This document shows positions 37,409 to 46,844 of a DNA stretch of 64,000 nt, piece after piece; the stretch's first letter is position 1, and every line of letters begins with the position of its first letter. The stretch comes from Firmicutes bacterium HGW-Firmicutes-14. Its GTDB lineage: Bacteria > Bacillota > Thermincolia > Thermincolales > UBA2595. The DNA lies in the NCBI GenBank assembly GCA_002840275.1, contig PHAB01000011.1, positions 25,886 to 89,885 on the forward strand, written 5' to 3'. The notes beneath the pieces were generated by a model that was given only the letters and a program-made list of their open reading frames with translations, did no database searches and was not told the origin of the DNA. Both the position numbers and the translations under genes were made by a program.

Positions 37409-37652
37409 GGAAATGCAGGAACTAACTTTTGAGCAGGCACTAAACGAATTGGAATCCATCGTCAAACTGATGGAGGATGGGAACCTGGAACTTGATGATA
37501 CACTGAAAATGTTTGAAAAGGGTATTGTTTTGTCAAGGATATGTTCAGACAAGCTCAAAAAGGCGGAAAAAAAGATAAGTGTACTCATGGCTAATGAAAA
37601 CGGAGAAATGGTTTTACAGCCTGCAACCATCCCGGAGGAACAGGAAGTGTGA
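37395..37652 (+). CDS. xseB: Exodeoxyribonuclease VII small subunit
   Basis: ...LTFEQALNELESIVKLMEDGNLELDDTLKMFEKG. It overlaps the xseA end. Confidence 0.9.
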   Translation: MAKNKEMQELTFEQALNELESIVKLMEDGNLELDDTLKMFEKGIVLSRICSDKLKKAEKKISVLMANENGEMVLQPATIPEEQEV

Positions 37653-37660
37653 GGAACAGT

Positions 37661-38560
37661 ATGAATAAAGAAGACCTTAAAAGGGAAATAAATGATAAAG
37701 TCAGGTCAATAGACGAGGCTTTGGAAAAGTACCTTCCCGGGGGTGAAGAAATACCGTCTGAGATACACCGGTCGATGCGTTACAGCATTTTTGCCGGGGG
37801 AAAACGTCTCAGGCCGGTTCTTTGCCTTACAGCTGCCGAAGCTGTGGGAGGGGATTCATCCTCATTGCTTCCGGCTGCCTGTGCCCTTGAATTAATCCAT
37901 ACCTATTCTTTGATTCATGATGACCTGCCGGCTATGGATAATGATGACTTCCGGCGCGGAAAGCCGACTAATCACAAGGTTTACGGTGAAGCCATGGCCA
38001 TACTGACAGGCGATGCCTTGCTGACTATGGCATTTGGCCTGATTGCGGAATGCAGCACATCAGGGGATATAACACCGGAAACCGTAATCCGGGTCATCCG
38101 CGAAGTCTCCGCAGCTGCAGGTTCTCAGGGGATGATAGGCGGACAGGTTGTAGATATTCTGTCAGAAAACAAGTCTGTGGATCAGGATAGATTGAAATAT
38201 ATCCATGACCATAAGACAGGGGCGCTTTTTAAGGCATCCATCCGTACAGGAGCCTTATTGGGGCGTGGTTCCGAAGAACAGGTTGAGAGCCTTTCCATTT
38301 TCGCTGAGAACCTGGGACTTGCTTTTCAGATAACAGACGATATCCTGGATATAGAAGGGGAATTCCAGAAGATTGGCAAAACCCTGGGCAGTGATGAACG
38401 AAAACACAAATGTACCTATCCGGCTGTCTTCGGGTTGCAGGAATCCAAAGCCCTGGCAGGAAAAGCTGTTGAGCGGGCCTTATTGTCTCTGAGGGACTTT
38501 GACGGCAGAGCGGATGTTTTAAGATATATTGCTAAGTACTTACTGGATAGGGACAGATGA
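37661..38560 (+). CDS. ispA: Polyprenyl (farnesyl/geranyl) diphosphate synthase
   Basis: First and second Asp-rich motifs (LIHDDLPAMDNDDFRRG; FQITDDILD). Confidence 0.9.
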   Translation: MNKEDLKREINDKVRSIDEALEKYLPGGEEIPSEIHRSMRYSIFAGGKRLRPVLCLTAAEAVGGDSSSLLPAACALELIHTYSLIHDDLPAMDNDDFRRGKPTNHKVYGEAMAILTGDALLTMAFGLIAECSTSGDITPETVIRVIREVSAAAGSQGMIGGQVVDILSENKSVDQDRLKYIHDHKTGALFKASIRTGALLGRGSEEQVESLSIFAENLGLAFQITDDILDIEGEFQKIGKTLGSDERKHKCTYPAVFGLQESKALAGKAVERALLSLRDFDGRADVLRYIAKYLLDRDR

Positions 38561-38593
38561 AAATTCAGGCCACATAAAATTCAGGCCACACTA

Positions 38594-39055
38594 ATGTCTG
38601 GAGGACTTTATTTGAATAAAGCCCTTGATCAATTTCTGAATAATTCTATCCTGACAGCAGCAGTTTTATCATGGGTTTTGGCACAGCTGATTAAATTCTT
38701 CATTAGCATGATAAGGGATAGAAAAGTTGATTTTATCCTTTTGACCAAAAGTGGCGGAATGCCCAGCGGTCATGCTGCCCTTGTAACGGCCTCTGCCTTG
38801 GGAATAGGCAGGAAAATCGGATTTGATTCAGGTGAGTTTGCCCTTGCCTCGGTGATTGCTTTTATCGTTATGTATGATGCGGCTGGGGTCAGACAGGCCG
38901 TGGGAATCCAGGCTCAAATCTTAAATGAACTCATTCATGACATCTATCACGGTACAGGCATAAAACCCGTGAAAATAAAAGAAATACTCGGACATACCCC
39001 CATCGAGGTACTGGCGGGTTCTTTTTTAGGCATAGTAATAGCGCTGCTGTTTTAG
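38594..39055 (+). CDS. Divergent PAP2 / DUF212 family membrane protein
   Basis: ...SGGMPSGHAALVTA... and ...YDAAGVR...G with several TM segments. Confidence 0.8.
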   Translation: MSGGLYLNKALDQFLNNSILTAAVLSWVLAQLIKFFISMIRDRKVDFILLTKSGGMPSGHAALVTASALGIGRKIGFDSGEFALASVIAFIVMYDAAGVRQAVGIQAQILNELIHDIYHGTGIKPVKIKEILGHTPIEVLAGSFLGIVIALLF

Positions 39056-39066
39056 AAAAGGAGTAA

Positions 39067-39095
39067 TTGAACATTAATATATATTATGATATAAT
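39067..39095 (+). promoter_or_regulatory. Candidate sigma-A promoter upstream of OLE RNA
   Basis: TTGAAC (39067-39072), 17-nt spacer, TATAAT (39090-39095). Confidence 0.4.
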
Positions 39096-39147
39096 TACTT
39101 TCACAATTTGATAAAGTAATTTTAATCAAATGTGTATCAGTATCCTG

Positions 39148-39758
39148 GTAGGTGGCGCAGTATCCTAGTCAGGACCGGCACTTTGAGGGCGGGCCTAAAA
39201 ATCCGTCAAAGGGCATATCGATGAAGTTCCTGGTTCCGGCTGCTGACGCCCAGTTGGGGGTCGGTTCTGGGAGTAAGGGGGAAGGGCGATCTACAATGGC
39301 ATGTAGGCGTGGACCCAGCCCCCGTGGAGGCCCGGAAGCTGTAGTACAAGATAGTGGGAATTACCTTATACTACGATTCGGGATAAACCTGCCTAAGATG
39401 TTTTATTTTATATAATTCGTCAGAAGCAGTGTAGCCTGCCTTGAGTGGTGCTGGTGGATTATGGGTTACCGGGGTACCGGATGCGGGCCCGCGTCCGGCA
39501 ACTCCGCTATTTGAAACCACCACTGCAAAAGAGGCTAGAAGTATCCCGGTACTGTTGAGGAAAACTCCTAGGCTGTTTAGGTTAAACCTAAGACATGATG
39601 GGGATTAAAGTGTGGACTAAGTGGTAATCCAGCCCCGTATTCGGTGACGGTACGGATTCATCATAAAGGGAAACCGCCGGCACGGTAACGTGGCGGTGAT
39701 GATTGGGAAAACCAGCTGGACCTAAGCTACAACATTTACTCATCATGTTGCCACCTAC
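39148..39758 (+). ncRNA. ole: OLE (ornate, large, extremophilic) RNA
   Basis: A tract of about 611 nt with no credible ORF lies exactly at the ispA-side / oapA / dxs position typical of OLE. It is closed by a long-range helix, GTAGGTGGC (39148-39156) with GCCACCTAC (39750-39758). There are many internal GC-rich helices (e.g. CCGGATGCGGGCCCGCGTCCGG, CCGCCGGCACGGTAACGTGGCGG). Confidence 0.8.
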
Positions 39759-39785
39759 TGTTACATTTACATGAGGTGAAACTAT

Positions 39786-40379
39786 TTGGGAAACAATAAG
39801 CCTGGCTCTCTTAAATTTGCAGTTTTTACAGGAGCCGGCGCGTTTTTAGTGGCTGTTTTTTTTAGTATATTTTCTGAAATATTGTTGCCAAAACTGCAAA
39901 TACTTATACTATCTTTTTTTGTTTTACTCCTGGTTATTTTTATTGGGATAATATTTGACATGATTGGGGTTGCCGCAGCTGTTGCAGATGAACGGGCGTT
40001 TCATGCAAAAGCCTCTAAGAAGCTTAAGGGAGCAAGTCACTCCCTGTTTCTGATAAAACATGCTGACAAGGTGGCAACTTTTTGTAATGATGTGGTGGGG
40101 GATATATGTGGAACTGTCAGCGGCGCCTTTGGAGTGGCCATAGGTCTCCAGGTGGTTACCGGTAAGCCTGACTGGAATGAAAGTATCCTTACCATGATAA
40201 TGACCGGACTCGTTGCTTCATTGACCGTGGGCGGGAAAGCTGCGGGGAAGAAGACCGCTATGGATGATTCTGAACAAATTATTTATGCCGTTGGCAGAAT
40301 AATCGCCTGGTTTGAATCAGTGACAGGGATACGGATTATTGGCGGCGGCCAGCGTAAGGGCAAGGATAGAAGAAGGTGA
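39786..40379 (+). CDS. oapA: OLE-associated membrane protein OapA
   Basis: 197-aa protein with four hydrophobic segments immediately downstream of the OLE-like RNA and upstream of dxs. TTG start. Confidence 0.75.
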   Translation: MGNNKPGSLKFAVFTGAGAFLVAVFFSIFSEILLPKLQILILSFFVLLLVIFIGIIFDMIGVAAAVADERAFHAKASKKLKGASHSLFLIKHADKVATFCNDVVGDICGTVSGAFGVAIGLQVVTGKPDWNESILTMIMTGLVASLTVGGKAAGKKTAMDDSEQIIYAVGRIIAWFESVTGIRIIGGGQRKGKDRRR

Positions 40380-42322
40380 ACAAAACAGTGGATACTCCAC
40401 TATTGGACAAGGTAAACGGCCCTTCAGACCTGAGGGGTTTTTCTATAAGCCACCTGCACAGACTGGCGGAAGAAATCAGGGCGTTTCTGATAGAATCGGT
40501 TTCCGGGACAGGAGGACATCTTGCCCCCAATTTGGGGGTTGTAGAACTGACTATTGCCCTGCACAGCGTTTTTAGCTGTCCCCATGACAAACTAATATGG
40601 GATGTGGGTCACCAGTCATATGTGCATAAGATCCTGACAGGAAGAAAGGAAGAGTTTTCAACCCTCAGACAATATGCCGGGTTGAGCGGTTTTCCCAAAA
40701 GGGCGGAGAGTAAATGTGACCCTTTTGATACAGGACACAGCAGTACATCCATATCAGCTGCCCTCGGAATGGCGCTGGCCCGGGACCTAAACGGAGAGGA
40801 TTATAATATAATCGCAGTAATAGGCGATGGGGCAATGACAGGCGGAATGGCTTTTGAAGCCCTCAACCACGCAGGTCATATGGGCAAAAACATGATTGTG
40901 GTGCTGAATGATAATGAGATGTCAATCTCTGAAAACGTAGGGGCCCTTGCCGGCTATTTAAGCCGGATGAGGACTGACCCGAAGTATTATAAACACAAGG
41001 AAGAAATGGAACTGATGTTAAAGAAGATTCCTTCCATCGGTCCGACGGTCGTCAAGGCTATTGAAAGGATAAAGGACAGTTTTAAGTACCTGGTGGTACC
41101 GGGAATGATTTTTGAGGAACTGGGGTTTACCTATCTGGGACCTATCAACGGGCATGACATAGCCCTTATGAAGACTGTTCTGGAGCGGGCAAAGAAGAGC
41201 CATGGCCCTATTATTGTGCACGTGGTTACACGGAAAGGCAAGGGTTATAAACCGGCTGAGGATAACCCCGACAAATTCCATGGTATCGGACCTTTCGACA
41301 TAGATTCCGGAAATGGGAAGGGAACTAAAAAAGCATCTTATACAGATGTTTTCGGCAGTACCCTCTGTGAAATAGCTGAACAAAATGAAAAGGTTGTTGC
41401 TATTTCAGCTGCCATGCCATCAGGGACGGGACTCACCAAGTTCCAGGACCGGTTTCCAAAAAGGTTTTTTGACGTGGGAATAGCCGAGCAGCATGCAGTA
41501 ACAATGGCTGCCGGGTTATCTGTAAATGGATATATTCCTGTTGTGGCTATTTATTCCACTTTTCTGCAGAGGGCTTATGACCAGATTCTTCATGATGTCT
41601 CCTTACAGGGCCTGCACGTCATTTTTGCCATTGACCGGGCCGGGTTGGTTGGTGAAGACGGGGAAACACACCAGGGAGTGTTTGATGTTTCTTATTTGAG
41701 GCATATTCCCGGCATGACGGTGATGGCCCCAAAGGATGAAAACGAATTGCGCCTGATGCTTAAGGCGGCAGTTGAAGCGAAAGGCCCCGTGGCTGTCAGA
41801 TATCCCCGGGGAGCCGGTATGGGAGTACCCTTAACAGATATTGATTGTCCTGATAACAAATTACCGAGGGGTGCAGATCTGTTGAGGGAGGGTTCCGATA
41901 TTACCATAGCTGCCATAGGGCCTCTTGTTTATACAGCTCTTGAGGCCGCAGAATCACTTCACGAAGAGGGGATTTGTGCTGCTGTAATAAACGCCAGGTA
42001 TATTAAACCACTTGATGAAGAATGTCTTATAGAAAACATTTTGAAGACCGGAAGCCTGCTGACCGTTGAAGAGAATGTCCTGCAAGGTGGGTTTGGAAGC
42101 GCGGTTCTTGAGATGCTGAACCGAAAAGGAATAAATATACAGGTGAAATGTATGGGAATTGCCGATGAGTTTGTCAGTCACGGCACCCCTGACATTTTAA
42201 GGCAGAAATACGGTTTGACAAGTCAGGGTATAATTTCACATGTAAGGGAAATGTTATCAGGGGAGGACGAGCCGAAAAAGCTCAGAAAAACTGCGCGGAT
42301 TAAGGTTTTGACTAAGCCTTAG
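40376..42322 (+). CDS. dxs: 1-deoxy-D-xylulose-5-phosphate synthase
   Basis: ...[18 protein letters not shown]....[18 protein letters not shown]... and [15 protein letters not shown]. Confidence 0.97.
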   Translation: MNKTVDTPLLDKVNGPSDLRGFSISHLHRLAEEIRAFLIESVSGTGGHLAPNLGVVELTIALHSVFSCPHDKLIWDVGHQSYVHKILTGRKEEFSTLRQYAGLSGFPKRAESKCDPFDTGHSSTSISAALGMALARDLNGEDYNIIAVIGDGAMTGGMAFEALNHAGHMGKNMIVVLNDNEMSISENVGALAGYLSRMRTDPKYYKHKEEMELMLKKIPSIGPTVVKAIERIKDSFKYLVVPGMIFEELGFTYLGPINGHDIALMKTVLERAKKSHGPIIVHVVTRKGKGYKPAEDNPDKFHGIGPFDIDSGNGKGTKKASYTDVFGSTLCEIAEQNEKVVAISAAMPSGTGLTKFQDRFPKRFFDVGIAEQHAVTMAAGLSVNGYIPVVAIYSTFLQRAYDQILHDVSLQGLHVIFAIDRAGLVGEDGETHQGVFDVSYLRHIPGMTVMAPKDENELRLMLKAAVEAKGPVAVRYPRGAGMGVPLTDIDCPDNKLPRGADLLREGSDITIAAIGPLVYTALEAAESLHEEGICAAVINARYIKPLDEECLIENILKTGSLLTVEENVLQGGFGSAVLEMLNRKGINIQVKCMGIADEFVSHGTPDILRQKYGLTSQGIISHVREMLSGEDEPKKLRKTARIKVLTKP

Positions 42323-42380
42323 GAAATAAGTCCTGGGAAATAAGTCTGGGAAACGGTCAATCTTGCGGAAGGTGTCATAT

Positions 42381-43193
42381 ATGGCTAATAAAAAGCGTTT
42401 AGATGTGATGTTAGTAGAAAAAGGCCTTTTCCCTTCGCGGGAAAAGGCCAAATCTGCGATTATGGCAGGTTTGATTAATATTGACGGCAGGCTTGTTGAT
42501 AAGGCAGGTACAGAAATCAGTGTTGATTCACAGATTGAAGTTACCGGTCCGGCCAATCCGTATGTAAGCCGGGGCGGTTTGAAACTGAAAAAGGCGCTGG
42601 ATGAATTCGGAATCAGCCTGGCGGGGAAAGTTGTGGCAGATATCGGAGCATCAACGGGCGGCTTCACTGACTGTGTCCTTCAGCATGGAGCTGTAAAGGT
42701 ATACGCTATAGATGTCGGGTATGGCCAGTTGGACTGGAAACTGAGACAGGACCCGCGGGTTGTTAATTTGGAACGGACCAATATCAGGTATTTTGACCCC
42801 GGACTGCTTAATGAAACCCCAGACCTGGTTACCGTTGATGTTGCTTTTATTTCCCTGGAAAAAGTGCTGCCCAAAATCAGTGAGATACTTGAGCCGGGAG
42901 GACTACTGGTAACCTTGATAAAGCCCCAGTTCGAAGCGGGGCGTCAACAGGTTGGCAAAAAGGGGGTTGTCCGGGATCCGGACATACATATAGAGGTCAT
43001 TGACAGGATAATAGCTTTTGCCGCAGGCTGTGGCATTGATACTGTACATCTTACATATTCCCCCATCAAGGGACCGGAAGGTAATATCGAATACCTGGCC
43101 CTGATGAGAAGAAGTGAAGGGATTACACAAAAGCCTGTTCCCGGGGAAAACCTCATCCGCTCCGTGGTTTCCGCTGCCTTTTGTGAATTGTGA
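42381..43193 (+). CDS. tlyA: TlyA family rRNA (cytidine-2'-O)-methyltransferase
   Basis: MANKKRLDVMLVEKGLF.SREKAK..IMAG S4 domain, followed by the FtsJ-like DIGASTGGFTD motif. Confidence 0.9.
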   Translation: MANKKRLDVMLVEKGLFPSREKAKSAIMAGLINIDGRLVDKAGTEISVDSQIEVTGPANPYVSRGGLKLKKALDEFGISLAGKVVADIGASTGGFTDCVLQHGAVKVYAIDVGYGQLDWKLRQDPRVVNLERTNIRYFDPGLLNETPDLVTVDVAFISLEKVLPKISEILEPGGLLVTLIKPQFEAGRQQVGKKGVVRDPDIHIEVIDRIIAFAAGCGIDTVHLTYSPIKGPEGNIEYLALMRRSEGITQKPVPGENLIRSVVSAAFCEL

Positions 43194-43414
43194 ATTGTTA
43201 ATTGAAACAGTAGTACCGGTCAAAAAAGTTTCCAAGAATTGTAGCATTATTTAGAGGATATTGAAAAAATTTGGCGAAACATTTAATATGATTCCTCGAG
43301 GACAGTAGACCTTTCTTCAAGTTGTAATATCAAAGGGGAAGGGTTTTTTTTGTTAAGTGCATTCTATCACGTTCTCAGGCATCCTGGAAATGGGATTCTG
43401 GAAGTCCAACGGGG

Positions 43415-45136
43415 GTGTGGCTGTTGGAGTCAAGATTTAAAATTAGTGATATTACTCTTAAAATATTATTGGGTTATCTGGGTGTGGTTATTATGCTTAC
43501 TTTTATAATGATTGTGGCAGACACCAACATGGCCCGTACCCAGCAGGCCATTGATGTCAGCACCACGAAATTTATGCCCCAGCTTAACATCGCCGGTGAT
43601 ATAAAGTCAATAGTCCAGGAACAACAGGTTCTCGTCCGTGACTTTACCGCCGGCAACAAAAACATAAAACAGAAATACAGGGAACTGGACAGGCTCTTCC
43701 TGGCCAAAATCAAGCAATTTGAAGAGTATACCTGGGATGGGGACACGGATTCGGTCTCCCTGCAGACCATGTACAGGGTTAAAAGAGAACACGACAACTT
43801 TAATTTGGTGGCCAACCATATTTTCAAGTACGAGGAGGCCGAAAGGGACAGCCTTGTTGATACCCTTTGGCAAAATTATAAACTGGCCGGAAATAAGATG
43901 ATTGAATCGGCAAATCAATTGGTAATGGATTCCAACTCCAGGGCGCAGGATGCCCAGGCCAGGAGCAGGGATATCCTTACAACTTCCCGGCGGATTATGT
44001 ATTCTATTGCTTTTGTTGCTATCTCCGCATGTTTTACCCTGACCTTTATTACCTCCAAAAACATTACTACTCCTCTGAGCAGACTGGTCCGGGTTTCCAG
44101 GGATATTGCCGGGGGAGACCTAACCAAAAGAATCGAGGATAATTCTATAGGTGAATTCAGTGAACTGGCAAAATCTTTTAATACGATGGTTGACAATCTG
44201 CAGGCCATAATTGAACGGATTGCCGGTTGGAGCCGGGAAATAGCATCTTCCAGTGAGGCTTTTGAATCTCATACCCAGCAGAGCGCTGCAGCATATGACA
44301 CCATCAATGCATCCATTGAGGAGGTATCTTCCGGGGCCAGACAGCAGGCTGATGGGATTAAAGACCTGCAGGCTTCTGCCGAAACTGCCATGAGTGCAAT
44401 TAATAATATAACCCAGAGCATCCAAATGATTGACCGGACTTCAGCATCTGCTGCCGAAATGGCCAGGGAAGGCGGAGATTCTCTCAGAGCTGCAATCAAA
44501 CAGATGAGACAGATAGAACAAAAAGTAGACCAGCTTTCCCTGGATGTAAAGTCCCTGGTTGACGATGTCAATAAGATTTCAGGTATTATAGATATGATTT
44601 CGGGTTTTGCTAAGCAGACTAACCTGCTGGCCTTAAATGCGGCCATAGAGGCTGCCCGGGCCGGTGAACAGGGTAAGGGTTTTGCTGTAGTTGCCGAGCA
44701 GGTTCGCAAGCTCGCCTCCGGGTCGGGTCAATTAGTTGAAAAAATCCGGCAGATTATCGCCCAGATTCAAAAGAGGTCTCAGGAGGCTGTGATCTCCATG
44801 GACGAAGGGCGTCAAGTTGTAGCAGACGGTACGGTTGTTATAAATGAGACCGGGAAAACACTTACAGAAATTATTGAAATGGTCCAGACAGCTTCTGCCC
44901 AGACCCGTGAAGTGGCCAACAGTACTAAGCAGATTACCAGCAGCAGTGAATATATGATTCATGAGATTTTTGAAAATGTAACGATATCAAAACAAACTGT
45001 TAAAACATCTGACGAGATGCTTGACCTGGTAGCTTCTCAATCCCGTGCCGTAAACGAATTATTTGAAGCTGCCAATAACTTGTCCAAGATGACACACCAG
45101 CTTGAAGAAGCTGTTTCAAACTTCAAGACAAAATAA
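43415..45136 (+). CDS. Methyl-accepting chemotaxis protein
   Basis: Two TM segments, HAMP (...ITTPLSRLVRVSRDIAGGDLTKRI...), and the highly conserved signalling hairpin (...FAKQTNLLALNAAIEAARAGEQGKGFAVVAEQVRKLA...). Confidence 0.9.
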   Translation: MWLLESRFKISDITLKILLGYLGVVIMLTFIMIVADTNMARTQQAIDVSTTKFMPQLNIAGDIKSIVQEQQVLVRDFTAGNKNIKQKYRELDRLFLAKIKQFEEYTWDGDTDSVSLQTMYRVKREHDNFNLVANHIFKYEEAERDSLVDTLWQNYKLAGNKMIESANQLVMDSNSRAQDAQARSRDILTTSRRIMYSIAFVAISACFTLTFITSKNITTPLSRLVRVSRDIAGGDLTKRIEDNSIGEFSELAKSFNTMVDNLQAIIERIAGWSREIASSSEAFESHTQQSAAAYDTINASIEEVSSGARQQADGIKDLQASAETAMSAINNITQSIQMIDRTSASAAEMAREGGDSLRAAIKQMRQIEQKVDQLSLDVKSLVDDVNKISGIIDMISGFAKQTNLLALNAAIEAARAGEQGKGFAVVAEQVRKLASGSGQLVEKIRQIIAQIQKRSQEAVISMDEGRQVVADGTVVINETGKTLTEIIEMVQTASAQTREVANSTKQITSSSEYMIHEIFENVTISKQTVKTSDEMLDLVASQSRAVNELFEAANNLSKMTHQLEEAVSNFKTK

Positions 45137-45164
45137 CCCCGGAAGAATTGGAGGGTGAAATATT

Positions 45165-46103
45165 ATGATGCTGACAAAAAAATGGATTACAGCCGTACTG
45201 TTAGGCTTGATGGTGACAGTGCTGTTTACCGGTTGCCGGGACTCCGCTCCGGAAATGGGGGAACGAAAGAAGGTAACTGAAGCACAGGTTAAGGCTTTTC
45301 AGGCTCAAAAGGAGCAAAAAATGGTTGATATATATGTGCCTATTAAGGAACAGTATGAGACCAGCGGGCACTCTGAATCCCTTAAAACTCTGAGGGAATA
45401 CCAGGGTACTATAGAGCCAAGATGTTATTCTTGTATGTCAGCGGAATATTTTCTCGCCCCCCCGGAACAGAAACCTGAACCTGCAGCAATTAGCCATTCC
45501 ATAACATGTGCAGTATGCCATGAAATGACACTGTCTGAATTTAAACTCAGACTGGAACCACTGGAAACCTGTACTACCTGCCATAACAACGGGGGTGACA
45601 TTGTCGCCGGACAACAGGTCCATCACCCGCAGAAAGAGATGTTTCTGGGATATGGCGCTATCGGGGTCCCCAACACACCTGATACAAAGTACAGTTCCGG
45701 ACTGACCTGTATTGAATGTCACATGCCTAATGAAGCCCACACCTTTAAGGGCAAGACTCCTGCCGATGCTCTTAAGGAGCATACGGAAAGCATTTGTGTC
45801 ATGTGCCATGCGGACAGATCTGAAGAACAGTTTGCCAAGGAAGTTGCCAAAATGCAGTCACAAATTGAAAAAAGCTGTGATTCAATCGAGAAAAGCCTAA
45901 AGCTGTCAGAGCAAAAGATGAGGACTTTTGGACAACAGGGAAGAGATGTTACGAAAGCCTGGGAAGTTTACAATGTTGTTTATACCAATCTGTCTTTTGT
46001 GGTTTCTGACGGGAGCAAGGGCATACATAATTTTGGGTATGCCACCAAGATTACCGAGTATACGGAAAAACGGAACCGCGAGCTCGAGGAACTGCTCAAA
46101 TAA
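45165..46103 (+). CDS. Multihaem c-type cytochrome lipoprotein (4 CxxCH plus an NrfA-like CxxCM)
   Basis: Lipobox LFTGC. Haem motifs CAVCH, CTTCH, CIECH, CVMCH. CYSCMSAEY (C87-M91) resembles the NrfA CWSCKSPD active-site motif. Confidence 0.8.
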   Translation: MMLTKKWITAVLLGLMVTVLFTGCRDSAPEMGERKKVTEAQVKAFQAQKEQKMVDIYVPIKEQYETSGHSESLKTLREYQGTIEPRCYSCMSAEYFLAPPEQKPEPAAISHSITCAVCHEMTLSEFKLRLEPLETCTTCHNNGGDIVAGQQVHHPQKEMFLGYGAIGVPNTPDTKYSSGLTCIECHMPNEAHTFKGKTPADALKEHTESICVMCHADRSEEQFAKEVAKMQSQIEKSCDSIEKSLKLSEQKMRTFGQQGRDVTKAWEVYNVVYTNLSFVVSDGSKGIHNFGYATKITEYTEKRNRELEELLK

Positions 46104-46129
46104 AACATAATTTTTGCACCTAAATATAA

Positions 46130-46300
46130 GGAGTGGCAGATATGTTCCGGAAGAACGAGTCTGACATCCGCTTGTCCAACATGGCAGCTCTTGGCGCTTT
46201 AGCGCCTAGAGCTGGCGGTACCCTTGGGGTAGAGCGCGCAAGCGCGATTGGGTAACAAGCTGAGTTGTAGCCGTTCTGGAGGAACGTATCTGCCACTCCC
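46130..46300 (+). repeat. Hairpin-element family, copy 2 (most complete reference copy)
   Basis: The closing stem is GGAGTGGCAGATA with TATCTGCCACTCC. The core motifs are at 46153-46170 and 46250-46276. An apical hairpin with a GCGC-TTTA-GCGC tip is present, plus an extra GC-rich branch at 46215-46249. Confidence 0.8.
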
Positions 46301-46331
46301 TTGTATTTATGACAAAAATTATGGAATGTCT

Positions 46332-46844
46332 TTAGATGCTTATTTTCATTTCAGTTGGAAACTTGACCGGAATCTCGTGACTTTTGTTATCTGCATAGAT
46401 CAGGCTATCGGGGATTGTGCCTTTTTTAAGTTCAAATATCAGCAGTCCGCCTCCCCGGTAATCGGGAGGAAGGGTGACTTCTTTAAAGGCAGCCTTACTG
46501 GTTATGGTTTGTGTCAATTCAGGGGAATACTTATATTCAGTTCCGTCTGTCATTTTTAATGTGACAAATTCAGGGGAAATTGGCACATTATCTTTCGTAT
46601 TGTTGTCGACTGCTACCTGAATGCTCACAACTTCGTAACCGTCTTTACCACTGATGTTCATTCCTGATAAAGAACGGATCTCCCGGCTTATTGACAGCGC
46701 CAGTCCATTATCTTCTGCCGTAAGGTGGGCGGTGTCAGGTTGTTCAGGCGGTGGCTCAGGGGCCGAACCCTGCTGTTTTGTTTTTGAACAGCCAATAAAT
46801 GCAGTCAATGAAATGATTATGACCAATATCAAAAATTTTTTCAT
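46332..46844 (-). CDS. Lipoprotein, DUF4352-like
   Basis: Signal peptide and lipobox MKKFLILVIIISLTAFIGC, followed by a beta-rich domain of about 130 aa. Confidence 0.7.
   Translation of the reverse strand: MKKFLILVIIISLTAFIGCSKTKQQGSAPEPPPEQPDTAHLTAEDNGLALSISREIRSLSGMNISGKDGYEVVSIQVAVDNNTKDNVPISPEFVTLKMTDGTEYKYSPELTQTITSKAAFKEVTLPPDYRGGGLLIFELKKGTIPDSLIYADNKSHEIPVKFPTEMKISI

Noticed and set aside
38561-38590. Direct duplication AAATTCAGGCCACA x2 between ispA and the DUF212 gene
   Set aside because: The duplication is real but tiny (14 nt, two copies). It is most simply a local slippage duplication, and no further structure or motif was recognised.
39152-39415. 87-aa ORF (MAQYPSQDRHFEGGPKNPSKG...) from the six-frame track
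   Set aside because: It lies wholly inside the OLE-like structured RNA. It has no RBS and a Gly/Pro/Arg-rich composition typical of a GC-rich helix region read as protein. The locus is better explained as ncRNA.
46248-46559. 103-aa ORF on the + strand
   Set aside because: It starts inside hairpin-element copy 2 and then runs antisense to the well-supported lipoprotein gene (46332-46844, with signal peptide and lipobox). It has no RBS.
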